Of a DNA stretch of 51,610 nt, positions 18,389 to 28,369 are shown one piece after another. Made by a program: the position numbers and the translations under genes. Source of the DNA: Candidatus Onthoplasma sp. (GTDB lineage Bacteria; Bacillota; Clostridia; Christensenellales; UBA1242); NCBI GenBank assembly GCA_045598895.1, contig JAZRUZ010000049.1, positions 1 to 51,610 on the forward strand, read 5' to 3'. A model generated the notes under the pieces. That model was not told the origin of the DNA. It ran no database searches and worked only from the letters and a program-made list of their open reading frames with translations. Every line of letters starts with the position of its first letter. Position 1 is the first letter of the stretch.

Positions 18389-18895
18389 TTAAATCAATCT
18401 ACAACACAAACAAGCAAGGATTGTACAAATCAAATTGCAAATCAAAGCAATAGGTATAGTTAGCATTGTCTTTTTGACATTGGTAGAAGCAAAGTAAATA
18501 CTACTGACATAAAAAATTGTATCACTACTTCCCATAATTACACTTGCACATTTCCCGACATAACTATCTACTCCATAAGTAGAAAAAATGTCTTTCAAAA
18601 GAACATAACCTGCATTTGATGAAAAAGGTCTTATTAAAGTCAATTCACACACCTCTTTAGGAACACCTATAAGGTTAAAGACGGGCGCTAAAATATTACA
18701 GAGTTTTCCACTTAATCCACTATTTCTAAAAAGTTCTACTGCCACAAACATAGCGATAATATATGGTAAAAGGGATACAATTAACGGAATTGCTCCTTTT
18801 GCACCTTTTATAAACGAAGAATAGCAATCCACTCCTTTAATTAAACCAAACACAAATACTATAGCAATAAACATTGGAATAAATAAATCAACCAT
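18389..18895 (-). CDS. spmB: Spore maturation protein B
   Basis: FIKGAK, LIRPFSS, MGSSDTIFYV; paired with spmA. Confidence 0.88.
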   Translation of the reverse strand: MVDLFIPMFIAIVFVFGLIKGVDCYSSFIKGAKGAIPLIVSLLPYIIAMFVAVELFRNSGLSGKLCNILAPVFNLIGVPKEVCELTLIRPFSSNAGYVLLKDIFSTYGVDSYVGKCASVIMGSSDTIFYVSSIYFASTNVKKTMLTIPIALICNLICTILACLCCRLI

Positions 18896-19451
18896 TTTTA
18901 GCCTTCTTATATATTAAACTTACTAACACTACTCCGATTATTGTAGGTATAAATGTCGCAACTATAGTTGGCCACAAAATTGAACTAGGACTAACACTTC
19001 CTGCAAGGGCACGCATACCGATAACTGTGGTCGGCAAAAATTGAATACCGGTCGAATTAATAACGACGAGCATAATCATACCTCTAGTGGCTTTAAGTCC
19101 ACCCTTGTCCATACCTTTCATAGCTTTTATTCCGTAAGGAGTAGCAGCACTTCCTACACCGATTATATTAGAAGCAATATTCATACAAATATTTTTCTTT
19201 GTTTCCTCATCTGTTCGACCGAAAATGTAATCGACCGGTTTGCTTAAACCCTTTGACAAATAGTGACTCAATTTACTATCGTCCATAATCTGCATTAACC
19301 CCATCCAGACAGCATAAATACCTAAAAATTCAATGGACATTGTAACCCCTGTTTTAGTTGCACTCATCATTGTCGAAACTATTGTTTCAGGTGCAAAAAA
19401 ACAAGTAACAACTATACTTAATAGCATTATTCCAATCCAAATTTTACTCAT
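18888..19451 (-). CDS. spmA: Spore maturation protein A
   Basis: WMGLM, NIASNIIGVGSAATPYGIKAM, IQFLPTTVIGMR. Confidence 0.9.
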   Translation of the reverse strand: MSKIWIGIMLLSIVVTCFFAPETIVSTMMSATKTGVTMSIEFLGIYAVWMGLMQIMDDSKLSHYLSKGLSKPVDYIFGRTDEETKKNICMNIASNIIGVGSAATPYGIKAMKGMDKGGLKATRGMIMLVVINSTGIQFLPTTVIGMRALAGSVSPSSILWPTIVATFIPTIIGVVLVSLIYKKAKNG

Positions 19452-19456
19452 AAAAT

Positions 19457-19484
19457 ATAATATGCTTGTACAATTTAGATATGA
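19457..19484 (-). promoter_or_regulatory. Putative sigmaE promoter of spmAB
   Basis: TCATAT-14-CATATTAT, 5 nt from the ATG; spmAB is sigmaE-controlled in Bacillus subtilis. Confidence 0.6.
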
Positions 19485-19521
19485 AAAAAGCGATAAAAAA
19501 ATATGCCAATCGGCATATTTT

Positions 19522-20280
19522 TTAATAACCTAATAACATATGGTCAGTTCCATAGATTGCATTAGCGATTTCTCTACATTTTTCAAATTTAGTTAATCCA
19601 TTAAAATCAAAACTTTCAGCACCAACTGCATACGCTTGAAATTTAAAATATAAACTTACATTTTTGTAGTAATTTCCAACTTCTTTACTTAGCTTGAAAG
19701 TATCTTTAGGAATAACCGTAAAGTCTTGAATTGGCGAATCACAATAAATTTTTTCAGTATATATCAAGCATCTATATTGTTTTGAAATCATATCATCGGC
19801 ATAAATTGTTAAAACGTAATCAACCCAATCACTTGTTCCTGATGACAAAATTTTATAACCATCTTCATAAGAAGGATTATAGTAATCATATCCTAAATCT
19901 ATAATTGGTTTCTCGAAAGAGTCAACTTTTGGTTGATTATTTTCGTCAAGTGCTGGATTCTCGTCATTGTCATGGTCAAATAATTCAACCTTGTAAACAA
20001 CCATTAAATAAATGTTGGCATTAGACTTATTTGTTACAACTAACGGAGTATTTTCAATAGTTTGATTAGGGACAATGTTTGTTCCAGATAAACCCAATTC
20101 ACTTTTATTTGAGCCATCATGTAAATCAATACTTAAATTTGCTAAAAGAATTTTTCCTGATACCATAGATGATTTATTACTATAAAATGCAAAAACGCCA
20201 CCAAACAATATGGTTAAAATCAAAATAATTGTCAAAATAATAATCGCTAAAGTTTGTCCTGTCAGACGTTTTTTAGTCAT
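19522..20280 (-). CDS. Secreted protein with a SipW-class-like signal peptide (TasA/camelysin-like N-terminus)
   Basis: MTKKR-hydrophobic-GGVFAFYS, then NIVPNQTI and VTNKSN. Confidence 0.5.
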   Translation of the reverse strand: MTKKRLTGQTLAIIILTIILILTILFGGVFAFYSNKSSMVSGKILLANLSIDLHDGSNKSELGLSGTNIVPNQTIENTPLVVTNKSNANIYLMVVYKVELFDHDNDENPALDENNQPKVDSFEKPIIDLGYDYYNPSYEDGYKILSSGTSDWVDYVLTIYADDMISKQYRCLIYTEKIYCDSPIQDFTVIPKDTFKLSKEVGNYYKNVSLYFKFQAYAVGAESFDFNGLTKFEKCREIANAIYGTDHMLLGY

Positions 20281-20450
20281 CTTTACCCCTAAATAACAAC
20301 TAAATGTAGAAATATTTAATATATTTTATTTTACATCTACTAAACTTCTTTTGTCAAACAAAAATGTAGAAAAATGTAAAAAATAGTAATTTTATTATAA
20401 TTCGCAAAGAAAAAATCAATTAAAAAAACAAGGACAAAAGTCCTTGCTTT

Positions 20451-20525
20451 TGGCGCCCAGTGTAGGGCTCGAACCTACAACCTACCGGTTAACAGCCGGT
20501 TGCTCCACCATTGAGCTAACTAGGC
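20451..20525 (-). tRNA. tRNA-Asn(GTT)
   Basis: Cloverleaf GCCTAGT...ACTGGGC-G-CCA; anticodon arm ACCGG-CTGTTAA-CCGGT; GGTTCGA T-loop. Confidence 0.97.
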
Positions 20526-20610
20526 ATACTCACATTGCTAACTCGCAACGTGACTATTTTACTATATAATTTATTAAAAGTCAATCGTTTTTAAAACTTT
20601 TTTATATAAT

Positions 20611-22716
20611 TTACGCAAAAGTATTAGTCAACTCATTAAATAGATTATATTTATTCAAAACAGAAATATAGTTAGTTTTAATTAATTTCTTTTTAAGTTC
20701 TTCTTTAAATAATTCTGTTATTTCATCATTAACATTAGAATTGTCATTTACGATAGAATTCATATCGCTCTTTATGTACAAATCCTGACCAAAAACACCA
20801 CCAGTAATAGAATAATACAAAATCATTTCATGTTCTTTATCATCTATAGTATATTTTGCATATTTAGGAGCGAATATTGATCGACCTAAATATAAGTTTT
20901 CATTAAAGCCTATACCCAATATATCCAAAAGTGTAGGAGTAATATCATAAGCCGAACAAAATCTGTCGTTTACATAATAATTTTCTGTGTTACCATAAAA
21001 ATCATCAAATTTATCACTTTTAGGAGTTGATATAATCATAGGTATAGTATTTAATTCTATTGATAAATTATTACTTAAGTCTAAACCTTTTACTTTATTT
21101 GATAAACTTTCATAATAGACATTATGGTCTGCGAAAAGGACAAAAGTAGTATGGTCAAACAAATTATCTCCAGCAAAATCACCTTCAACATAAGAAGTAT
21201 TAAGAAGTTTATCAACAATAGCGCCTATAGCACGGTCAAGTCCAACCATAGTTGCCTCATAATTTTTTAAATATTGTAAATCTTTAGCGTTAGAAACACG
21301 AGATGAAATGTTAGCGTACCATTCGCTATTTTCAACTAAATTTTTGTAAGCCACTTGATCTAAATTATTTACATTATCTCCATAGCTTCCGTGACTAGAA
21401 ACATTAAGATAAAAAGACATAAATGGTGTTTTAAGAGCATTTCCTTCATTATCTGTAGGCACAATATAATTCATAGCTTTGTTAACGAAATTCTCTTCAG
21501 TATCCCACGAATCCCATTTCAAACAATTCTTACTATAAAAATTATTTTTACCAACTACATTATCAAAACCAAGATATTCATGAGTTTTGTTTCTGTCATA
21601 ATAACTTATTGTGTTTGAATGGATATAACTTGTTGTATAGCCTTTAGTTTTCAAAACACTAGGAAGTGAATAACCGAATTTGTCACTATCTTTGCTTAAG
21701 TTTTTAACCTCATTAGTTAATGACTCACCTACAGGATAGTTGCTCAATACGCTAATACCTTCCGAAAAATTAGTTTTTGATTTTGCAAAAAAGTTAGATG
21801 AAAAAATAGTTGTATTATGTATGTCTTTAATATCATCACCATATAAAAGAGAATAAATATTAGGAGTTAATTCTTTAGAAAAACTTCCATTCTTTAGACC
21901 ATCTTCAAAACAAAAAGTTTCGGCTGATTCCATCATTATCATTATGATATTATTATTCTCGGCCACACCAGAAAGTGAATCACTGCCTGTATAAATATCT
22001 CCATTGTTAAAGTAGTATAATGCTGAATTTTTAATTTTACTATCATATTTAGTAAAAGTATTAATAATCATATTAGTCAAATAACCATATGTTCCAAATT
22101 TTGAATAACTACTAGCCTTCATTATTGCAGTATTTAATGCAAAACTATCACTTAAAACATAATTATCTTCAGTAACATTGGACTTACTATCTATTACATG
22201 TCGACAACCAAAGAAAGTTCCACAAGTTGCGACAAAAGTAATGCCAATTAAAACAAGACTTAAATAGTTATAATGATCTTTTGCTTTTACTTTACTTTCG
22301 TTGCAAAATTTTAAGACAATCGAACCTAAAAACAACTCAATTGCTGCAACTGATATTATTTGTAAAATTGTAGTCATATAGAAAAAACTAGAAGTTGCAG
22401 CCTCTAAAGCATTAATAAACAGCTGAATCATTTCAACTGAAAATAAATCGCCTCCATAAATTACGTAGAGAGAATAATCAACATAAACCAACATTGCTTG
22501 AACAACTAAAATTATGGAAAAAATTATATATTGCGCTTTAAAATTAGGTATCAAAGAAATAAGCGTAGCGATAAATACAACGATTGCAAGATTATAAAAA
22601 AAGTACTTGGGAAAAATTCCAATATTTAATAAATTAAAAGTTATTAACTCTAAGACCAAACTTCCTATAACAAAGTATAATGGTAAAAGAATCTTTTTAC
22701 CTAAAACCTTGAACAT
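20611..22716 (-). CDS. LTA synthase/sulfatase family membrane protein
   Basis: 5 N-terminal TM segments; MMES, KTNFSE (catalytic Thr position), SSHG, FADH. Confidence 0.85.
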   Translation of the reverse strand: MFKVLGKKILLPLYFVIGSLVLELITFNLLNIGIFPKYFFYNLAIVVFIATLISLIPNFKAQYIIFSIILVVQAMLVYVDYSLYVIYGGDLFSVEMIQLFINALEAATSSFFYMTTILQIISVAAIELFLGSIVLKFCNESKVKAKDHYNYLSLVLIGITFVATCGTFFGCRHVIDSKSNVTEDNYVLSDSFALNTAIMKASSYSKFGTYGYLTNMIINTFTKYDSKIKNSALYYFNNGDIYTGSDSLSGVAENNNIIMIMMESAETFCFEDGLKNGSFSKELTPNIYSLLYGDDIKDIHNTTIFSSNFFAKSKTNFSEGISVLSNYPVGESLTNEVKNLSKDSDKFGYSLPSVLKTKGYTTSYIHSNTISYYDRNKTHEYLGFDNVVGKNNFYSKNCLKWDSWDTEENFVNKAMNYIVPTDNEGNALKTPFMSFYLNVSSHGSYGDNVNNLDQVAYKNLVENSEWYANISSRVSNAKDLQYLKNYEATMVGLDRAIGAIVDKLLNTSYVEGDFAGDNLFDHTTFVLFADHNVYYESLSNKVKGLDLSNNLSIELNTIPMIISTPKSDKFDDFYGNTENYYVNDRFCSAYDITPTLLDILGIGFNENLYLGRSIFAPKYAKYTIDDKEHEMILYYSITGGVFGQDLYIKSDMNSIVNDNSNVNDEITELFKEELKKKLIKTNYISVLNKYNLFNELTNTFA

Positions 22717-22722
22717 ACGACA

Positions 22723-22751
22723 ATTATATAAAATAGCATCAAAATTGTCAA
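22723..22751 (-). promoter_or_regulatory. Consensus sigmaA promoter, predicted leaderless
   Basis: TTGACA-17-TATAAT, 6 nt from ATG 22716. Confidence 0.8.
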
Positions 22752-22825
22752 TCTAATATGTAAAACAAAATATGGAAATTATTGACTATTATTTATTTAA
22801 GAATTATAATAAATGTGAGGTGAAT

Positions 22826-23011
22826 ATGAAATTTAAGAAAACTGACTTAATAAGTTACATTTTAGAAAATCATCCTAAAGCAGAAGAAATTTTAACATCT
22901 TTTGGATTTCATTGTTTGTATTGTCCTTGTTCTCAAATGGAGAGTTTAGAAGAAGCATGCGCAGTACACGAAATAGAAATAAAAAAAGTTTTAGATGCTT
23001 TAAACAAGTAA
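22826..23011 (+). CDS. DUF1858 domain protein (start revised from 22772)
   Basis: GFHCLYCPCSQMESLEEACAVH; GAGGTG RBS; TTGACT-17-TATAAT upstream. Confidence 0.88.
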   Translation: MKFKKTDLISYILENHPKAEEILTSFGFHCLYCPCSQMESLEEACAVHEIEIKKVLDALNK

Positions 23012-23048
23012 AAAACAATCTCTTTATGAGATTGTTTTTTATAAACTA

Positions 23049-24395
23049 TTATTTGTTTTCTCCATTTCCTTGCTTATCTCTAATTTTTTGCAATGCAAGT
23101 TTAGTGTTCTCAAGATCCATTTCGAGATTAGCAATTTCTTGTTCAAGAATATTGTTGGTATGCTCTAAGATAGGGAAACGATCCTTACTGCTGTTAATTA
23201 CTTCTTCGCAGTGTTGAACACTCAATCTTAAGCCTGCTAACAACTCAATTTCTTCAGCTAATTTCTCAGCTTTTTCTTTGTCGATATCTACATAATTGTT
23301 TACACCATACAAAGCCACTTTTTTCTTAGCAACAACAGCCTCTTTTCTTCTTAATTTGGTATCATATTTTTCGAAATCTACACGAACTTTTTTAAGAGGT
23401 TTATATTCTTTAAGATTAATTTTGTAATCTTTTCTTAGATTCTTAAGTCTTTCTTCCAATGTTTCAATACGACTTAAACATTCCTCTTCTGTCATATCAA
23501 TAGATACAACTTCAACCTTTCTTTCTACCTTTCTAGCATCTTCTAATTGTTTAGTCATTTCCTCTAGTTGGGCTTTAAGATCAGCAATTGTCATATTTGC
23601 TTTATCCAATTCTTCTTTTTTATTATCAGCAACTTCTTCCAACTCAACATTATTGTCTTCTGATACTTCTTCAGTATTTGTATTATCTTCACTTTCTTCG
23701 TCAACTTTTTCAGTTTCAAATTGATCTTCTTCAATAATATCAGTATCATCTGTTTCGCTGTTTTCAGTATCTTCAATCAAACTTTCTTCAACTTCTTCAT
23801 CTAAATTTAAGTTTTCGAGATCAATTGATTCGTCATCTTTAACTTCTTCGATATTATCGTCGTCAATATTTAAGTTGTCTATGCTATACTTATTCAATTC
23901 GTCGCTAATTTTAACGTCATTAGTTGCACTTTCTTTTTCTTCGTCTATAACTTCATTAGAAATTTCACTCAAAATATCGTCTATGTCAAAATCGTCTTCA
24001 GTTGCATTTTCCAAATTGTTCTCGATAACTTTTTCTTGCTTAGGTTCTGTATTTGAAATAAGTGATTTAGATTTGATTAATTCTTCAATTTTCTCAAGAC
24101 CTTCATCATTTTCTTCATCAACATTTGCCACAACGTCTTTGTTTTCTTCGAATTTTTCAACTTGTTCATCTTTTGACAAATCTTTAAAATTTATAGTTTT
24201 TTGTTTAACTTCTTTCTGTTGATTCATTTCTTTATAAGTTGTGTAATCCATTATATCTTTTCTTTCGCGAATTTTTTTGTCTGAATTATCAAAGTTTTTT
24301 AACACTACATTTACAATTAAAGTAATAATCGTAGCACCTAAAATAACTACACCAAAAATTGCAAAAATACTACAAAAAGCCATCCAAGCGTCCAT
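23049..24395 (-). CDS. Membrane-anchored acidic/coiled-coil hypothetical protein
   Basis: One N-terminal TM segment, long D/E-rich linker, C-terminal coiled coil; AAGGAG RBS. Confidence 0.75.
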   Translation of the reverse strand: MDAWMAFCSIFAIFGVVILGATIITLIVNVVLKNFDNSDKKIRERKDIMDYTTYKEMNQQKEVKQKTINFKDLSKDEQVEKFEENKDVVANVDEENDEGLEKIEELIKSKSLISNTEPKQEKVIENNLENATEDDFDIDDILSEISNEVIDEEKESATNDVKISDELNKYSIDNLNIDDDNIEEVKDDESIDLENLNLDEEVEESLIEDTENSETDDTDIIEEDQFETEKVDEESEDNTNTEEVSEDNNVELEEVADNKKEELDKANMTIADLKAQLEEMTKQLEDARKVERKVEVVSIDMTEEECLSRIETLEERLKNLRKDYKINLKEYKPLKKVRVDFEKYDTKLRRKEAVVAKKKVALYGVNNYVDIDKEKAEKLAEEIELLAGLRLSVQHCEEVINSSKDRFPILEHTNNILEQEIANLEMDLENTKLALQKIRDKQGNGENK

Positions 24396-24514
24396 ATATT
24401 TCTCCTTATGGTATTTTAATTATATCGCATAATGGTATATATTTCAATACCTTTTTGAAAAATTTTTCTAAAATATGCAATTTTTTAATAAATTTACACG
24501 GAAAAATGAAATTT

Positions 24515-25825
24515 TTATTTAAAATTTCTTAATCCTTTTGGATAATGGTTTTTAAATTTACCATCACTTATTTTAAATCCACCTAAAGCGCACCCATCAA
24601 TAATTATAGCACCATATCCATCATTTAAATTCGTTTGTATCGTGTCACCCTTTAAATATTTCAAGACTTCCTGATCTTTATATTTAAATTCAATTTTTCT
24701 TTTAAAACAATTTCCAAAAGCAGAAAAAAGATAATGACATGGTTCAAATCTAGCGTTTTTGTTTTCGCCAATCCTAACACCAATAGACAAATAGTTAACA
24801 CCTTTCTTTATCATATTTGCATCTGGAACAAAGTAAATTTTTTTATCATACTCATAAAAACGTGTATTTTCACTAAAATTAGTATTTTCCTTAATAAATT
24901 TTCCAGCCGTAGAACTTGTCTGTAAATTCAAATTTCTTGAAGGATTAGTTTTGGTAAAAGAATTCTTTTTTAAAACAGCAACGAATTGTCCTTCACCTCT
25001 TACTCTATGTGGATACAATCTTACACACTCGGTTAATCCATTTAATCCACGTGGTAAATCATAATCTATATTTATAAGTGAGTAACCATAATCTTTTATT
25101 ATTTTTTCAACAACTTCTTCATTTTCTTCAACTGAATATGTACAAGTAGAATAAATCAATATTCCATTTTGTTTCAAAGCCAAATCTGCTGATTTTAAAA
25201 TTTCAAGTTGCCTAATTTTACACATTTCATTAAGGCTCGGATTCCATGCTTCAACCATATCGTTACCCTTTCTAAACAATCCTTCGCCACTACATGGAGC
25301 ATCCACAACTACTACGTCAAAACAATTGGCATAGGCTAACCCAATTTTTTCAGGTGTATCGTTACAAATTATTACATTTTTTAATCCCATACGCTCAACA
25401 TTAGAAAAAAGAATTTGTGACCTTGCTTTGTTTATTTCGTTAGATACAAGGACTCCTTTTGGAATTCTATTAGCAATTTGAATAGTTTTTCCACCAGGAG
25501 CAGCGCATAAATCAAGCACCTTTTCGTCTCCATTAAATTTATGTGAATTTATAGTAAACATTGCACTTGGCTCTTGAATATAAAATGCACCTGCATGATG
25601 AAGAGGATGACGACCTAGTTTTTCATTTTTAATATAAAATCCATTTTTTTCATAATCTATTTGTTCAATATCAAAGTCTATTATGTTTTTAAAATGTTCT
25701 TTATCTATTTTATTATTAATAAAAATAGCCTTCTCACTATCATTATCTAGGCTATCTAAAAAGGATAAATATTCTTCTCCTAAAATATTTTTCATCCTTG
25801 ATTTAAATGTTTCGTTTAATTCCAT
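24515..25825 (-). CDS. rsmF: RsmF/RsmB-NOP family rRNA m5C methyltransferase (start revised from 25864)
   Basis: YIQEPSA, LDLCAAPGGK, DAPCSGEG, YSTCT, RLYPH, KNHYPKGLR. Confidence 0.88.
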   Translation of the reverse strand: MELNETFKSRMKNILGEEYLSFLDSLDNDSEKAIFINNKIDKEHFKNIIDFDIEQIDYEKNGFYIKNEKLGRHPLHHAGAFYIQEPSAMFTINSHKFNGDEKVLDLCAAPGGKTIQIANRIPKGVLVSNEINKARSQILFSNVERMGLKNVIICNDTPEKIGLAYANCFDVVVVDAPCSGEGLFRKGNDMVEAWNPSLNEMCKIRQLEILKSADLALKQNGILIYSTCTYSVEENEEVVEKIIKDYGYSLINIDYDLPRGLNGLTECVRLYPHRVRGEGQFVAVLKKNSFTKTNPSRNLNLQTSSTAGKFIKENTNFSENTRFYEYDKKIYFVPDANMIKKGVNYLSIGVRIGENKNARFEPCHYLFSAFGNCFKRKIEFKYKDQEVLKYLKGDTIQTNLNDGYGAIIIDGCALGGFKISDGKFKNHYPKGLRNFK

Positions 25826-25949
25826 AAAATCATTATAACACAATTTAATGTAAAAACAAGTCAAAGTTAAAAATAAAAAGTTAAAAAAATATTATTTATT
25901 TGTTGATTTTTTTTGCAAATTTATTTAAACTAATAGAAAAGTAGGGGCA

Positions 25950-26711
25950 ATGCGTTCAATAGATATAATTAAACAAAAACGTAGATTTGTCATGTTCAAT
26001 AAAGAGAGCAAAGAAAAAGTTCTTGAATTGAACCAATTTTTCGGTAAATACTTAATGCGTTATGAGGAAAAGATTAAAAAAACTTTTGTCTACTATGATA
26101 CACCAAATTTTGACCTATTAAAATCGAACATTGTATTATACAAAACAATAATAGGAAATTTTTGTGAATTAAATATGGCAACTGAAAAAATTTCTTCAAC
26201 TCAACACATAAACTTACGTACACAATATCATCATTTTACAAAGCAAATTAAAGCACACGATAATATCTTAAAGCACAAAGAATTCCTAATGGATAGTTTT
26301 GCAAGTATGTTTATGTCTGGGTTAGCATTTGATAGCGACTTTTTAATGAGAAAACTTCAAGTAGCATACACAATTGAAACTACAAGTCTAGAATACAGAA
26401 GTATAAATGCAACAGGATTAAAAATTACTTATTCCTTTGATGAAGACAAATATAAAAATTTCTATAACAACATTATAGAAAACGCAAATGTTTTAACAAT
26501 TTACCAACATAGTGGCGCAAATACTGATGAAGAATTTGAAAACTTAATAAGTAAACTCAATAGATATTGTAAAGAGTTAACACAAACACAGGACACAAAG
26601 ATTATGATTGCAAGAAAGTTAACTTCGCAAAAAGAGGCACAACTTCACGAGCAACAACGTATTCTTGAACAGAAGAAAAAAGAACAAGAAAGATTAAAGA
26701 AAAGAAAATAA
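25950..26711 (+). CDS. CYTH-fold-like protein, degenerate
   Basis: YYDTPNFDLLKSNIVL resembles the CYTH YFDT...L motif; the N-terminal ExExK position reads KQKRR. Confidence 0.45.
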   Translation: MRSIDIIKQKRRFVMFNKESKEKVLELNQFFGKYLMRYEEKIKKTFVYYDTPNFDLLKSNIVLYKTIIGNFCELNMATEKISSTQHINLRTQYHHFTKQIKAHDNILKHKEFLMDSFASMFMSGLAFDSDFLMRKLQVAYTIETTSLEYRSINATGLKITYSFDEDKYKNFYNNIIENANVLTIYQHSGANTDEEFENLISKLNRYCKELTQTQDTKIMIARKLTSQKEAQLHEQQRILEQKKKEQERLKKRK

Positions 26712-26744
26712 TAAAACAAAAAAATTACCGAAATCGGTAATTTT

Positions 26745-28115
26745 TTAATTTTTAGTTTCCTCGCTTGGAATATCACTTTCGAGTAGAACTCCAACTATTT
26801 CAATTTCACTGTTCTTTACGAGTTCAACTCTATAAAGATAATCGTGAGAATTATTTGTCTTATAGAAATACAAATATCCATTATCTTGGTCAATATCAAA
26901 ATATTCAGGCTTGAATTCAGTTAAATCTGAAACAACATTAATAATTTCAGCTGTACCATCATTAAGTAAATTTGACCAACTGACCATTTTTATACTAGTT
27001 CCATCATGATAAACCACACTAGAATTATATAGTCCAATTGGATTTACAGTTCCATCTAAGTCCATTTGTTTTGTAGGTTCGTTAGAGGTCTCATTAGATT
27101 TATAAACTAAAAGTTTATTTTCTCCTACTGCTATTACGTTTCCGTTATCTAGATATAAAGAATAACTACCATCACCAATGCATACTGCAAATAATTCGAA
27201 ATCTGTTTTACTATTTAAATTACTGCGATACAAATTAGCATTAGATGTTGAATATTTTGTTGCATACAAATAATTATCGTCAGCAAACATAATTGTATAT
27301 TGTTCTATTTTTTCAGTTTCACTTAATTTCTCATTATTCAATACATCATAGTTTGTAATTAAGAAATTTTCATCACTAGATTTTCCATAGAAGACATTTT
27401 TGTCATGTAAATTTACACTTGTTACGTCATAATCAACCACAACATTAGATTTACTATTGCAGTCAATTCTTTTAAGCATGTTGTTTCGTTTTTCGCCGTT
27501 ATACTTATCTAAACTTGTACCTTTTTCGTATATTAAAATAAAGGTATTATTGTCACTCTCGAAATATTCAAATTCAATGTTTGTGTATTCTGCAGATGTG
27601 GTGTATATTGTTTCAACACTAGTAGATTTATCAATTTTAATACGATTAAAATTTACACGTTTCTTTGCCCACTCTGTAGCACCTGTATGTTCACTTGAAG
27701 GAGCATTTGCTTGACATTGTGTAGTGAAATACAAATAGCCGTGTGAAATGTATAAATCAGTAGCCTCAAAACCAGATAAACGATTGAAGAAATTTAAGTA
27801 ATCATCTTCAATTAAACTACCATTGTCATCAGTAGATAAATAGCCATTAGTTAGTTTTGTTAACACTAAACTACCTAAATCTTTACCTGCGACTAATTTT
27901 TGATTGTGCTTACTATCATTAGCACTCATAAAACCATTTGCAAAGTACAAATAGTCGCCCATTTGAACAGCAAGTCCACCATTTCCGTAAACATTATCGT
28001 TTACATCAGGATAAGTAAAAGCCTTGTCTTTTTCGTTTGCTGGCTCACACGCAAAAAGTGTAATTCCAAACAAAACAAGCATAAAACAAGCCAATATTTT
28101 AGTAAATTTTTTCAT
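26745..28115 (-). CDS. Lipoprotein, probable beta-propeller (DUF5050-like)
   Basis: LFAC lipobox; NGGLAVQMGDYLYFANG; repeated YLYF strands. Confidence 0.7.
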   Translation of the reverse strand: MKKFTKILACFMLVLFGITLFACEPANEKDKAFTYPDVNDNVYGNGGLAVQMGDYLYFANGFMSANDSKHNQKLVAGKDLGSLVLTKLTNGYLSTDDNGSLIEDDYLNFFNRLSGFEATDLYISHGYLYFTTQCQANAPSSEHTGATEWAKKRVNFNRIKIDKSTSVETIYTTSAEYTNIEFEYFESDNNTFILIYEKGTSLDKYNGEKRNNMLKRIDCNSKSNVVVDYDVTSVNLHDKNVFYGKSSDENFLITNYDVLNNEKLSETEKIEQYTIMFADDNYLYATKYSTSNANLYRSNLNSKTDFELFAVCIGDGSYSLYLDNGNVIAVGENKLLVYKSNETSNEPTKQMDLDGTVNPIGLYNSSVVYHDGTSIKMVSWSNLLNDGTAEIINVVSDLTEFKPEYFDIDQDNGYLYFYKTNNSHDYLYRVELVKNSEIEIVGVLLESDIPSEETKN

Positions 28116-28369
28116 TTAATAACCTCTAAAATCGTATGATTAAATTATAGCCAAATATAAGGATACTAAAACTTATGTAATCTAAGATTTGAAATATAAT
28201 TTTGCTGGAAGTATAATAGCACAAGATGTCCAATTTGTCAAACAAACAAATAACAAAAAAAATATCAAGATATTGATTTTGACAAAAATTTTTCTAAAAC
28301 TCATTGAAAACACATAATAAAACACAATTCTTGTTCTATTTTTACCCGGAAACATAATAAAATAAGGTT

